Below, one piece after another: positions 35,657-49,500 of a DNA stretch of 64,000 bases. Where the stretch lies: the NCBI RefSeq assembly GCF_000711695.1, contig NW_013547016.1:186001-250000 (forward strand), in the 5' to 3' direction. The notes beneath the pieces were generated by a model. That model saw nothing but the letters and a program-made list of their open reading frames with translations. It searched no databases and was not told the origin of the DNA. Position 1 is the stretch's first letter. Each line of letters begins with the position of its first letter. The position numbers and the translations under genes are program-made. The stretch comes from Tilletiaria anomala UBC 951 (taxonomy: Eukaryota).

Positions 35657-37810
35657 CTATTCCGCTACCTCCCCGTCCCCCTCTTCCACCTCGAGCGCAC
35701 CGACTGACCACTCGCCCTCGACGTCCCAGCGGCTCCCGCCGGCGCTGCCGCTGAGATACTTGACAAAGTGCAGCACGCCCTCGTCGCGCAGTGCCACGTT
35801 GAGCGCGTTGAATTGCGGAGTCAGGTTGAGCAGGACGCCGTCGAAATCGCTGTCCGTGTCCTCCTCCATCTCGACAATCTCTTCCTCTTCGTCATCTCCG
35901 TCGGCCATCTCGGCATCTGCGCCGTCCTCGTCCTTGCCCTCGGTCTCCGCTTCGGCCTTCTTCGACCCACCGCTGCGGTACACAGCTGGGTCCTCCTCTC
36001 CTTCGTGCGGGGCCATGAAGCACTCCCAGCCACCAGCCTCTCCGCTCTCCCACCTGATGCGCAGATCCTTGAGCTGCTTCTTGCTCAATGGCGCCGCGGA
36101 CACCGCGCTGTGCGCGGTCCCCGGGAGCTTGCCGCGCTTGGCAGCCATCCCTCGCACTTTGCCTTTGCTGCCGGACGCCGCCGCAGCAGCGAGTTCTACG
36201 CTGTCGGCGACGTCGGGCGTCAAGCCGAGTGTGATGTGCAATACCGCCTCGTCCTCATCGGCGCGCGCTAGCGTGTAGTCCAGCCCGGGGCGGAAGCGGC
36301 GCACTGTGAACGGCGCGCGCGCAGCGAGCGGGAGCAGCTGCGTGATGTTTGCGAGGAAGTGGCGGAAGGCGGGCGATGGGAAGAGTGTGCTGCGCAGCAG
36401 GGAGAGCAACGCTTCGGCCGTTTGTGGCGGCGTGACTGGCAGTGCCGGGTTGCGGGGGGGAAGAAGGCTCGAGGCGGATGGTGAAGCTGGGGTCGAAGGG
36501 CAGAGAGAGAGGAAGCGATGTCGATGCGGTGGCCCTTGGATCTTCCAATCTTCGCCTGTTTCGCCACCCACTTTGCCCGTGCCAATGCCGTGAGGCCGGA
36601 GCTTGCACTGTTCCCGAATGTCCTTGTCTTCTTCCGATGGCGCCTCCCACCATCGGAAACCATCCCTCCTGTCGAGCTCAACGAGGCCTTTTTGCAGCAA
36701 GTCTTTAAATTCGCGTTTAAGAAAATCGGCGAGCAAGATGTGGCTGTCATCGCCAAACTGCTCGAATAGCTGTGATTGCACCTTGTGCTGTAGGTAGGCC
36801 GGGTTGAGGAAGTAGGAGAGGAACGCCTTGTCCTGCTGTGACAGCGGGCTGCCGGGTACGATCATGTCATCATTTCCCTCGCTGGCGTCTTCGCCTTGGC
36901 CTGAGTATGGGATGAAGGGCCTGGCAGCCTGCTTGCTCAGCAGTGACTCAACACTGGAGTGCTCTTTGCGCATCCGCTCCTGCTTCTCCTCCTGTGCAGC
37001 ATCGTAGCCCTCTTCCCCCTCTTGCGGACGGTGAAACCAGCCGCTGATAGAGAGTCTGCTGGCAGTTGGATGGACCACCTCCTCGACCGAGTGGAACGAG
37101 TGCCCCGGCTGAACGGTGAAGAATGTGTATTGGTTCCAAGCAGGTGGAATAGACTTGGTTGGCACCGAGTCCGGCAGGTGCGGAGAGAGCACGGGGTATA
37201 GCTCCAGGGCGCCGCCGTTCTCGGACCGCCAGGGCACTGATGGGTCGGGGAGATAGAGGATGTAAGAGAGTTGACGCGTGGAAATCACGTCGCTGCAGGA
37301 ACAAAAGAGGAAACGATATGAGAGCCTGGCTTCCGAAAGAAAGCACTATTTATGCACTCACTCGTGGTTCAAAAGATGGCATCCGTCTCTGTAGTCATTG
37401 ATGCTCATGTCCTTCTTCTTTGCGCTGAGCGGGCCGCACCCTGTTACTTTTTGCAGCCAATCGCGAAACTGCTTACTATAGATGGCGTTGCGAACATTCA
37501 GGACATGCTTGAGCCGATCCCGCTCCTCGTCCGGCAGGCCGTCCAAGTTGGCGAGATCACCCGTCTGGTGTACCTTGTAGATGTCCGTCTCCTTCTCTGC
37601 GAAGCGCAGCTCCTCGACAATCTCCTTGCGTGCCTCGCGCAGCAGAGAGTCGGAGAGCAAGGCGGGGATGACGCCGTGCTTATATGGCCCCGATGCAGCG
37701 TACTGGGATGCGTGAGAAGCGACCGTGCTTTCGGAGAGGAGGTCCGGCGCGAAGAAGCTTTTGACTTGCTCGTCCGTCGGCACCGCGGCACCGCCGTTTG
37801 GTGCGGTCAT
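35657..37810 (-). CDS. TPA1: uS12 prolyl 3,4-dihydroxylase (Tpa1/Ofd1/OGFOD1)
   Basis: KETDIYKVHQTGDLANL, LLNHD|DVISTRQLSYILYL, GGALEL, SFHSVEEV, RLSISGWFH, RRFRPGLDYTLA; intron 37361-37293. Confidence 0.93.
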
Positions 37811-39229
37811 GGTGGCTCGAGTCGAGTCTTTCTGCACGCTGTAATTTCCCGGATTGAATTCCCGTTAGGATACGCTGCGGTGGTGTTCGCCGGGTGGATG
37901 CAGCAGCTGGATGATTAGGCGAGAGCCGGACAAAAGCAAAGCTTTACAACCACAAACGGCATTCGCAGCTCGACTCCTCATTGACTGGCGTTGACGCCTT
38001 GATGGGATGATCTTCAATTTTTTCTGTGACTGGGAGATAATTCTCTCGGCCGAGAAAAGAGAGAGCGGTGCGTACGGGTGACTCCACGGAGCTCCGTCCC
38101 GCCTGCCCACTCCTGTCTCAACCTCCACATCCATGCTTTCACGTCATTTCAATTGGATTGTCCATTCCATCCCATGGCAGCGACGGTTGACGAGCTTTGT
38201 CGTACATGCACGTAAATGGACGCAGACCGACGGTTTCCTAGATTGTTTCAAGCTTTCAATCGGCAGCTGATTCTTTGACAGTACCGCACGTAGACGTGAC
38301 GCGACGACCTACAGCGACCACCCAGCATGCCCTTCACACCACGGACAGCTGGCTCGCGAGAGGACAAATACGTTCGCACGGCGCTCAATTTATCGGCGTG
38401 TACGACGCTGCGGTCGGCTTTCCCGGCGATAAAGGGCATCCGCTTGCCCTGTGGGCGCTGCTTGCATGGATTGGTTATCCCAGCTGAATCTGTGTAAATG
38501 CTCCGTGATTTCTTTTCCAACCACCTTGCAATTTCTCTCATGCGCCACACAGAGCCTGCCCCTCACCAGAAGGCATGATCGAGCAATACACACGCACCGC
38601 CAGCCCGCACCCGGACGAAATTGGCCCACAGCCCATCCAAGCGCACCTGTATGAACTGGTAGGTGTCAAGCAATTCGTCAAGTCCGCCAACAGTACCTCT
38701 TTTGACTGGACCTCCTGGCCGGGACGTGCGCGATGGTTCAGCCACGTGCCGACGGTAAGACGGCGTCGGGCAAACCGTACCAGAATGAATATGTCTGGAT
38801 CTTTGAATTCGCCATTGCAAACACCAGCGGAGATGGTCCGCCCAAACCAAGGCAGTCTAGGAATGGGTCGACTGGGCATAGTTAGGGGCAAGCCGACACG
38901 GTTGCCCTTTCGACCCTTGAACCCTGGAGCTTTTATTCGATGAGCAGCCGTCCTCTTCGCCTGGAAACATGGCGCAAATCCTGGCAGGGGAGATTGCAGC
39001 TCTGAAGCAAGCTATGTAGAGAAAAGGCCATATACAGGGATCATACTGGTCCATAAATTAGACTTCTTGTACCTTACATCGAAATGCAGATAAAGCGCCC
39101 CGAAAGCTGTGGCACCGTGCTTGACGACATGCTTCAACGAGCGGAATTGCAGTGCTACCGTACATAATATTACCGTCAAAAAGCAAACAGCTGCGTCGAG
39201 CTGCCTGTCGGCGCAGACGAAAACTGACT

Positions 39230-39661
39230 TTATGCATTGCCATTCACGGCATGCCCGTCCGTGCCGCCCGCCAAGAACCCAATCTCTCGCCAGGACTCCA
39301 TCCAGCTGATGGCGTCCTTCGCATTGATGGCCGAGCACGCCTTGAGCGTGGGACTGAGCGCTTCGGCCTTATTCTTTGCGATATGTGTCGGCCTGAACGC
39401 TTCCCTCGGCACAGCCTTCGTCTCTGCACCTTGGCCCTCAGTTCTCATTTACTGTTCAGCTGACATGCCACTGAAGACATCCAGCCCCTTACGCGCAGCC
39501 TTTTTCTCGAACGCCTTGGCAGACTCCTTCGCTTCCTGACTCTGCGCCTGGAGTACCGCGATCCACTCCTTGACGCTAACCAGTTGAACTGGCTTCGTGT
39601 TTGAATCGGCTGCAGCGGCGTTGGCTTGCTGGCTATGCTCTGCAACCGTGGAAATCATCAT
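39230..39661 (-). pseudogene. Small ORF interrupted by an in-frame TAA immediately followed by ATG
   Basis: ...GAA CAG TAA ATG AGA ACT... joins two coding-like ORFs (39661-39449 and 39448-39230) in one frame; no homology recognised. Confidence 0.3.
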
Positions 39662-40143
39662 CGACCACCGCGACGTACGCGGATTGATAATGTGCAATAT
39701 GATCGGCAAGCTCCTGCTCCCCCCACCAGCAGCCCGACGACTCTCGAGACTGGAGAGATGCCCCGTGCTTCTCCCTAGCCTAGACAATGATTAAAGGCTG
39801 GAGCACAGCGTGACACGGAATTCGGAATTCGGGACCCACAGATAAAGCAGACGTCACAACGAACATCGAAAGGGAGTGAGCCGGATTGGTCACATCCAAC
39901 GGACTGGACCATGTTGTTAATCGAAAAGCCTTTCATGTGTCCAGCGCGTTTGACAAGCCAAGTTACAGAACACCTGTTGGATCAAAGCGCTTCTTCGCAC
40001 AACTAACGTTGACGTTTGACCAGCTGTCACCCTGGATTCCTGTCGGGGTGGAATCTCGGCTTCTGGACTCTGGAAGGGGACGGCCCTGCTCTTCATCCTG
40101 GATGGGAGACAGTCGACGACCCGGGCGGGTGTGCCACCACTCT

Positions 40144-41277
40144 TCAGCCGACACCCGGTTGAGGCTTGCCGGCACACGTCCATGTACTGTCGCGATTCGA
40201 AGGCGTCGTCCTCACCTTGTACGGCTGGACGCCAAAGTTCTGCGCGACCGTGCGCACCGTCCTCCCCGTCCCACCGTCCACGTACCCGTTCGCGCGCAGG
40301 AGCTGCAGCTCCTGCGGTACGACAACGTTCGCGGTCGTCGCGAGCGTGTCATGCTGCAGCACGACGGCCTGCTCGCGGCGCCGGATCGTGTCGTTGAGGA
40401 TGGCGATGCTCTGCTCTGGGCTCGTGCCGAGCGAGTCGAGCGTGTCCTCCGTCCACAAGAGGACGATCAGGCTGTGCCGCTTGTTGAGGTAGTCGATGAT
40501 CGTCTCATTCACCGCGCCATATGGGGGCCGGATGAACGCCGGCACAATCCCCGCAATCTTCCGCAGCGCTTCCTCCAGGAGGAAGACCTGCTCGTCAATC
40601 TCGGCGAACGTCAGCCCCACGAGGCTCGCGTGACTCCACGTGTGCGAGCCGATCTGGTGGCCGAGGGCGAGTACATTGCGAATCGTCTGCACACGCGGCT
40701 CGTTGTAGATGCCTGTTGGTTTTCAGTGTAACAGGACCTGCGATTCAGAGATGCCAAAAGCGAAGTCTGCCCGCTCAGATGGCCTCACAATCGTAATTAT
40801 TACCATTGACAAAAAAAGTCGTTTGAAGCCCAGCGCTTGCAAAATGGCGAGCAACAATATCCGTGTAGATCCACGGCCTGAAGGAGCTCTAAAAGGTCAG
40901 GAAAGAGGGATGGACAGCAACCAAGGAAATGCTTTGTATGGTACGAAGGGTACGCACCCGTCATCGAACGTCGCGCTGAAGCAAGAAGGCGCGGTGCAGT
41001 TCGTCTGAATATCCGTCAGCTGTGCTACCCTTTTTTTCAGGCCCACTTCGAGGCCAGACTCAGGCCCAGAGGCAGTGCGCGTGGCGGCGCGCGCGACCAC
41101 TGCATCGTCATGGGCGAGAGTCTCAACTGGGCTATAAGACCGCATTGCCGACGAGAGCGAGTCTAATGCGGGCAAAGTCTCGAATGCCGGAGCTGGGGAG
41201 ACATTGGCGATGCACACGTCGACAAGCACGAACAGCTGGAGAGTCTTGAGCAGCAGCGACAGGCGCAATAGCAGCAT
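40144..41277 (-). CDS. Secreted chitin/polysaccharide deacetylase (CE4, NodB domain)
   Basis: Signal peptide, KR site, TFDDG|P, TTFFVNG, HQIGSHTWSH, FIRPPYG, LQHD; two introns. Confidence 0.9.
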
Positions 41278-41852
41278 CTTCGTAGAAAGAGAAGCGAGGA
41301 GGGCGTCCCGAGCATGTCAGAATGCGGTAAGAGCGCAGCTGCGAGTCGCACCGAGGTTTGTGCCATTCATATGTGTATTCATATGCGTTCGTACCATCTG
41401 CAGGGGATCAATCTGAGCGTCCTTTCGATGGGGCCTGGAGTAGCGAATTGATGAACGATGATCAGCACCGGCAACACAAATAAACGCCACCCGGATGAGA
41501 ATACCACAGATCAGCAGCACCTGCGGTATCGTTTTTGTTTGTTCAAAAGACCTAAGAGAGATCAATCGGGCAATTTTGCCCAGTGGGAAGGAAAAAAGCA
41601 CCCTTTCGGCACTCCGCACCTAAAATTGATGAGAACCTGCAGGGAGAATCAGCGTTGGACAGTCTGCTTGCGTGTTCAAGGCCTCGCGCTTCGTTGGAAA
41701 GGGAACAGGTGCAATGGCAGTACAATTGGATTGCTAACACGACGAATGTTTGATGACAGTGGTTGTTGATGATGATGTTGAGGATGGCTATTGTGACGAT
41801 TTCCGATGATGATGGAATTGTCCAAAAAAGAATGGCCGGCGCCCGAGACTAA

Positions 41853-44800
41853 TCAGTTCGGACTACCCGTCGCCCCGCCTGCTTTTCTCCACAATAATCC
41901 TAGCTTGCTTCCAGCCACCGAGCTCGGCGACGAGGGGATAGCATCGCTCCCATTAGTGCTAACTCGACCAGCGGCCCAGTCCCTGCCCCAACTCCCGCTC
42001 CCGCTCCTCTCGCGCGCACGCCGTGCATCTGCAGGCCCGTTGTCAACGGTGTCGATCGTGCTGAAGCGCTCGCCTAAGTAGTCGCCCGGCTGCGATTGCG
42101 CAGGGCCTTTGCCTTTTGCGTTATGTCCCACTGGCCTCGTTGTCGTTAGCAATATACCTGCGTCCTCCACGTCAGCTTTGGGTCTCTTGTACGACGCGCG
42201 ACTCGGGCCGCTTGCACCGATGCTGCCTTCGGCGGCAGCGGAGGCCGCTGCGTGCGCCTCCTCAGCGTCTTCCTCGTCGTTAGCGGTGTGAGGCGGCGAG
42301 GCGCCAAGCAAGCTTGCCGAGCCCGCCTCCCGCTGTTGCTGTTGCTGTTGCTGAGAAGAATGATCGGCTTGGCCTTTCTCGGACCCGGCTGCTGACACCT
42401 GGCTGACCTCGCTTTCACGTCTCGATTCGATGATTTCCATGGCCAGGGGCGACCTGGCTCTGTGAAAATCCGGCGTAGCCGCTGCCCCTGCTGCGCTCTG
42501 CAGCGATGCCGACGAAAACAAGGAAGACGCTGTCGTCACCCTCGGGAAGCTGTGCAAGAGCGCATCGCTCTCTGCCAAGGTTGAGAGAAAATGCTGGTTC
42601 ATGGGCGTACGCGAGTCCTCCACGCCGCCGCTCAGATAGATGTTCGAATCGTTGCGATCGATGCTGATGGGCTGGGCCCGACGTGCACTAGCACTGGCAT
42701 CCGCTGCGTCTCGGGACGCTGTTTCGGCTGAGACCGCGCGGGAGGACGTACCAGTTTGCCCCACATCATCGTCGTCGCGCGTGCCATCCTCCATCTCCGC
42801 GTCGCCGTGGTTCGCAGCAGCAACGGACGCGCCGTTCCCGTTCCCACTGTCGGGATCGGGATCAGTATCCCTGGTAGAGACGAGCATCTCCTCGAGCCCA
42901 TTGATTTGCGCGCCGTGGTCGCTGCCCTCACCGCCGCCGCTGCCTGTGCCAGCAGCAGAGAGGCTCGTCATAGCCGATACAGACGGCCGATGCTCAACTT
43001 CTGCGCTTCCCGTGAATGCGGGAGGCTCATCCGGGACGAGAGGCGTCGAGGCTGCGCCGTCGGCGGCCGCGGCGCCGAGCGCCTCCTGGAGCAGCGCCTG
43101 TTGCCACGCTTCGTCCTCCTCAACGTCCGCCTCGAGATCGGCAAAGGTGCGGCAGAGCGGGCAGGAAAATCCCGGGTGGTGGCGCAGGAGCAGGGGCCTG
43201 ATGCACTTGTAGTGGAACACATGTGAGCACGGCGCGATGAACAGCGACTGGCAGACCGTCACGGAGAAGAGGCCTGCGGGAGCGTGAAGAGAAGACAGGG
43301 GAGGAAAGGACAAGGGGAGGAAAGAAAAGAGAGAGTCACATACAGTCAGCACCAGGAAGGGCTTGCCTCACCTTGCGACGCCATGGGTCTCGGCAGTCAT
43401 GTTGCTGGAGTACTCACAAATGCAGCAATCGGTGACGCTGACAGACTGCGCGTTGGTCGGCAACGCGGTTGCCGGCACGTCCGGCGCGGGCGTCTGCGTC
43501 TGCGTCTGCGCTGTAGCAGCGGGGCTCATGGCTGTCGCGGAGGGCAGGCCAGAGGCAGCCGATGCGGAAGGGGTGAGAGGCTGGCCCTGGAGCGCGCGCA
43601 GCTGGCGCAGTGCGTTAACGTTGTACTGGTTGGCAGCGCGCTGCCAGCCGCGGTTGAGCTCGACGCGCATCTTGACGCAGCGATAGATCTCCTCGGTGCC
43701 GCCCTGGTAGTCAACGCCCAGCTGAATCACGTCGCCGTCCTTCAGGGGAAACGGCTTGGACTCGAACTGCGGGCCCGAGAGGCGGATATGGTTCAGGAAC
43801 GTGCCGGAGCTCGATTTGGTGTCGCGGATGAAAAACTGTCAGAGTTGCAACCATGCGGACAGAGAGGGACATAGAGACATGGTCAACAGAAGCTCGCTAC
43901 GCGCAGCACAACTGATGCGAACTGAGAATGCACCGCAGCAAACAACTCACATTCCCGCCGGGCTCGCACCACAGCTCGGCATGCGTGCGACTGACGACCT
44001 TGCTTTTGAACGCTACACGGCCCGTATCAACGCGCCCGGACCCGCCTGCGGAGGAGGGAATCGCGCCACCCCGCGCACCGGGCACGCCGCCCGCGCGCAG
44101 GAAGGACGAGCTAGAAGGGACCATGCCTGTACTGCCGCCTCCTGCTGCAGCATCAGCGGCAGCAATTGCAGTGGCGTTCGCACCTGCACCATGACCCGTA
44201 TCATCAGCAGTGTCCATCGCGTCCCTCCATGCGCGAGCACCCGCATTCATCCCTCCTATCTCTCCCGCGCCCTGCGCCTGCAGCGTCCCCACACCCGCAG
44301 CCGCGCCGGCGTTCATGGGCGGCGCGCTGGCTGCAGCGATAGTACCGCCGCCGGCCCGATCAGTGAAGCGGCCGATACGGATCGGTGTGCCGCCCTCCTT
44401 GACGTCGCGCTCGATTGGCTCAAAGTGGAGCGAGCGCGTGGCTTCGAGGTGGGGCACGAGGCGGATCCGGTGCGTCGATGAGCGGGCAATGGGTGGTGGG
44501 GGCGGCGGTGCCGCCACCGCACCGTTGCTGCCTCCGGCATTGCTACTGCTGCTGCTGCTACTGGAGCCAGGAATGGCATCCACAGGGAGGTTGCTGCTGC
44601 TGTTGCTGTTATTGTTGCTGTTATTGTTGCTGTTATTGTTGCTGCTGCCGCCGTTGAATGCAACACCGTTCGCAGCGCCAACGCCCGCACGCGCCCCAGC
44701 GCCGGCGAGCCCGTCGCCTGCCTCCTGGACGTCTGCACTGCGGCTCGCGCCGGTAGATGGGCGGTGCGCCGGGCCGGCCTCGAGCGACGTGGACACGGGT

Positions 44801-45459
44801 ACCGTCGATGCGGCCGCAGCGTTATGCGACATTTTGCGCACACGCGTGGTGATCTGGTTCGACGCGCTGCGCAGGAAGCTTGGGCGGCTGCTGCTGCCTC
44901 CACCGCCTGGGCCTGGGCCAGGTCCTCCGAGGGACGGGCTGTGGTGGGAGAGTGCTGCTGAATGGTGTTGGTGGGGGGCGTCGAACGAGGTGGACCGCTC
45001 GGGCGTCACTGCTTCGCCCCGAACGTTGAGGTTGGGATTCGAGCAGTGTCGGGAGGTGCTCGGTCGTCGCCCAAGATCGGCCGGGATGCTACTGCTCGAC
45101 GACGGGCCAGCAGCAGCGGCAGAAATGTTGTTGTTGCTGTTGCTATTGTTGTTATTGTTATTGCTACTGCTCGACGCATGCGGGGGCGGGGGGTCTTTCC
45201 GCAGGACGCTGCCGTTGTGGTGGGTCCCACTCTGGCTGTACCGCCGGAACATCCTGCCCATGCCGCCGGACAGCTGCCTTGACATGCTGGCCCCGAACCC
45301 TCCGCCGCTGCTCGGGCTGCCAGCGGTATCATCTTGGCTCTGATTGGCGGCCCCCTGGGGTGAGTTGGCGGTGCTTGGCCGGAGGATGTTCGACGATGCG
45401 GAGCCGGATCCTGGGAATCCGAAGCGGCTGCCGCTGGAGGAGCTTGTGCGTATGTTCAT
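41853..45459 (-). CDS. DMA1: FHA + RING E3 ubiquitin ligase (Dma1/Dma2 family)
   Basis: IRIGRF, AFKSKVVSRTHAE, FFIRDTKSSSGTFLN, LKDGDVIQLGVDYQGG, DCCIC|L...FIAPCSHVFHYKCIRP..FSCPLCR; two introns. Confidence 0.92.
44585..44650. repeat. (AAC/AAT/AGC)n microsatellite encoding poly-Asn/Ser in Dma1 (second tract ~45126-45170)
   Basis: gttgctgttattgttgctgttattgttgctgttattg tandem array. Confidence 0.8.
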
Positions 45460-46546
45460 TGTCTCGATCTTGTGCTATCCTTGCGTATGTTGGCACTGAT
45501 ATCTCCCTACCGCTTGCCTCGAGGGTGCCTTTCTTCTTGTTTCGGCGGACCCAGGGGGGGGGGGTCGCGTCGACGCGGGGGAGATGCGAGAGTGGCAATG
45601 ATAGGAGCGGTCAAGCACCAATCGAGATGCCGAGCGCTGTTTCTTTCTTTCTCGAGCGAGTGAGCGTGTGTGCGACCAGCCATCCATCTAGACGACGTTG
45701 TCCTCTGCTGTGAGTAGCAAGGACGAGTCGGGTGACATGGCTGCCTGATGGGATCTGGGCTGGACTGGACTGGGCTGGGGTGTTTGGGGTTTGGAATGGT
45801 CATTACAATGGATTGGGAGACGCTGCACGGGCCCGCTGTCCGCACCAGAGAAATAGCGAGCTGACTGGCCTACTGCCTACTGTCACCTGCCGCCTGCTAC
45901 TTTGGCCCTCTGACCGCGCTTGGGCGGACCGGCAACACAGGCGAGCAGCCAGCAGCCACCAGAGCACTCTCCTGGATCACTCCATCTGTCACAGTCACAC
46001 CAGCTGGTTCAGGCAGAGTCCAACACCCACACCCTCCGCACGGCCTCTTCGCCACCTTGATTCGTTGCAACCCCCCCCAGTTCTGCCACACGCTCTTCCT
46101 GCTATGTATAAGCCTTTGGAGGCTCATCATTTTGACTTGTGCAGTTGCAGCTCGACCCAGGCTCGCCTTTACCACGCATTCGTGTGAGAATTGGCACTGC
46201 TCTCGTCGTGTCTGTGCGTATGTAGTACAACGGAAAAAAAGGGAAAAACGCAATGGCCCTTAATGCGAAGAGTCAATGAGCCCCCATTATACACAACCCT
46301 CGCCAGCCCTGTTCCTGCATTCACCTTGAGCTCCCTGGGGCCAATGCCCTACTACATCCCCTCTCCAACCGCTGGAGAAGGAATGGTCAATGTATGCCTA
46401 TGCTATGCCTATGCGCTCCCCCTCCCCTTCAATGTTTTGGCCGCTTATTGGTCCAAACGAATGCCTTGAGAATGCGGCGCAGTGTGCTGTTGGTTTTTCA
46501 TATGCAAGCGAAGCGCACAAAAAGGGTGCAAATCCGATCATGATCA

Positions 46547-49500
46547 TCAGAAACCATTGCCCGTTTGAGGACCCAGATAGTATTGCTGAAGCAGGCCCTG
46601 TTCTTGCCCCTGGGGATAAGGTGAATGCTGGGGTTGTTGCACATCGAATTGCCGCTGTTGCTGTTGCGGTTGCTGGTGCTGTTGATGGTGGTGAGTGGCG
46701 GTCTGGAGCTGGAGCTGATGCTGATGCTGGTGTTGGTTCGGATGCTGGTGCTGGTGCTGCTGTTGGTGCTGCTGTTGGTGCTGCTGTTGGTGCTGATGCT
46801 GGTGATGATAATGGTGTTGATGTTGATGTTGCTGGTGTAGGGGATTGTGCAGCTGCTCTTGCTGCAGTGCATACAGAGATGACGGATGGACAGGAGAGAG
46901 AGGCATGAACTGTGTCGCAGTGTGAGCAGGTGGAGGAGGCTGAGGCTGAGGCTGATGTTCCTGGCGCAGAGCCGCCGCGACAGCGCTGACGAGCGCTTCA
47001 AACTGGTCTCCCTGTCCGGGAAACTGCTGCTTGAGCGCTTCGAGCGCCTCGCCGTTGGCTGCAAGAGGAGCTGCTGCTGGGCGCCCAGCATAAGCTTGCG
47101 AAGGTACAGACACAGACATCGGTGCTGACACCGGAGCCGTCGCGATCGGCGATGCAGGCATGCCAGACAGGGACCCGCCGTAGGATGGTCCAGAGGGCCC
47201 GAGTGGAGAAGGCGGGGCTATCGACGGAGGCGGCATGCCCCGCTGGTCGTACATCTGCGGCTCCGGCATCGGTAAACGGCTGTATGCAGACGTCGATGGA
47301 GGCCCAAGCTGATGATGAGGCATCGTGTCGGGGAAGCCGAGACTGTAGACGCGCTGATGTTGGTTCTGGTTCTGGTACTGTTGCATGGAGGGCGCTAACG
47401 CTGGAGGAGCAGCATCCTCCTGGCCCCACATGCCTACTTGCGGCTGCTGCTGCTGATGCTGATGCTGATGTGAGTGCGAAGTGTGAAAGCTTGGCGCGGG
47501 AGAAGCGGCAGGTGCGACACCTTGCCGTACATCAACGCCAAGTGGGCTAACAGCCATGCTCGACGCGCTTCGAGCGTGGCCAATCAGCGTGGTTGCAGCC
47601 GACGGTCTCCTCGACAGACACTCCGACACCGTGGGCAGTTTGACGCCCGTGAGCGCGGCGCGTGCATGGTCGATGAGTTCCAGTTTTTGTTCCAGCTGCA
47701 GCGCATCGCAGTGCCCCGTGCTCGAAAGCAGGCGGTCAAGGCCTGATCTCATGCCAACCGTGGATGCAGCTTTGGAGAGGCTCGACGTAATTGCTTCTAG
47801 AAAAACCGAAGGGTGCACAGGGGAGCACGTCAGCAGGCGCCTCGAAGGATTCCGCAATGCATCTAGGCTCACCCTTGATTGTCTCAAATAGAAGCGACTT
47901 TTGATCAGACGATAACTCAGACGGGACCAAGCTAACAATGCTGGTTAGATACTCGATGGGCTTCACCGGATCCTTGAGCTGCAAAGACCCGCTCTTGAGC
48001 AGTCCGAGCAGATTCTCGAGCTGCTTGCCTGTGAAGAAGCGTGTTCCACCCCCACCCGTTGCTGAGGAGGAGGTGCTCGCGCCTACGCGCGCAGGGAACA
48101 CCTCATTCAGCAGCTCCTGGTAGCTGGAATGGATCAAGCTGACGGGTCGCCCACAGAGTCGACTGTTGTTGCGATGCCGGATCAGGCGCATGGCCGCCTT
48201 CTTGGTCCGACACTCGACAAAGCACGCATTGCTCGTCTTGCCATTGCTGACGTCAATGGGAATATGCACTGCTTGCGCGGTCACATCCTCTTCTGGCAGT
48301 ATGCCAAGTTCGGCGGGGACCCAACTGAGAACGTCCGAGTACTTGACGCTCCATGGGATGTTGTCGATGCGGACAACGCACAGTGTTTCGATGCTGTACA
48401 CCTCGTTGGCGACCTCTGCCAGCTCAGCCTCACGCGCATCTATCGGAGTGCTGCTGCTTCTGCCTCCTGTTACGCCGTTCTGAGATGACGTGAGCTTGAG
48501 CTCCTTGACAAGCGTGTCAATGCTGCTTACGTGAATCTGCGCAGCTCCGGACTCAATCTTGCACGAGCCGTGCCCCGAGTTCGAACCGTAATCCTTCTGG
48601 TTGCCACCGTTGCTGGCGTTGGCGCTTGCGAACGACGGTGCAAAACCCGCCATGGGCGAGTCGCTGCCAGCGTCGTACGGACTGAATAGGCGCGAGCCAC
48701 CGCTTCCGCCGACGCTACTCTCAGGAGAGGCGAGAGAAGCTGTCGTGACAGATTCGCCGCTGTAGCTGAGGCTCGTGCTGGTCCAGCTCGCGGCTGACGC
48801 GCTCGACTGGCTGCGATCGCGACTGGGTAACGAGATACCTTCGACAGGCGTCAGGCATGCGGCACATATGTGCGGACGTGGCGGCGAGGTAGACACTTGG
48901 TTGAGGCCAGACGATGTGCACGACGAGCAGGCCTTGTGTCCACACGGATTGAGGACGGTGAGCAAGGCCACCTTTGCACCGCAGAGCTCGCAGGCGCTGA
49001 GTGCGCTCGCGCTCGAAGGCGAGTCGCCACCCGCTGTGCTTCCCGCAGCACTATGCCCACTTTGGGAAGCAGAGGCTGCATGGGAAGCGTAAAGCGAAAG
49101 CTGATATGGCGCTGGAGGGGGCAGGGAAGAAGCAGACGACGCTCCAGGTGCAAAGGCAGCTCGTCGTGAGATGTCCAGCTCAGCTCCACCCGCGCGGCAG
49201 CCCACGCCACCAACACCAGACGTCCAGCTTTCCGCGAGGGGCGAAGGCGAGACCGGCCTCGAAGCAAAGGAAGAAAGCTTGAGCGCCAAACCGCCGCCAT
49301 GATTGTGTGGTCCTCCCGACAGCCCGCTTCTAGGGCTTGAGTTGTCGAATTTCGATGGAGCGACACCTGTGATCGTGTTGGACTTTAGTCTGTTCTGGAG
49401 TCTACGAGGCGCTTGCGGCGAGGAAAATGGATCGAGTCGTGGTGAGCTCGCCTGCGTTGCAGCTGAAGGCTTGCTGCTCGCGCCGCTTGAGCTACCGGCG

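Noticed and set aside
38248..39100. Short ORFs between TPA1 and the chitin deacetylase
   Set aside because: No recognisable motifs or consistent splice structure
46390..46908. Plus-strand Ala/Val/Gly-rich ORF
   Set aside because: Antisense shadow of the Gln/His repeat
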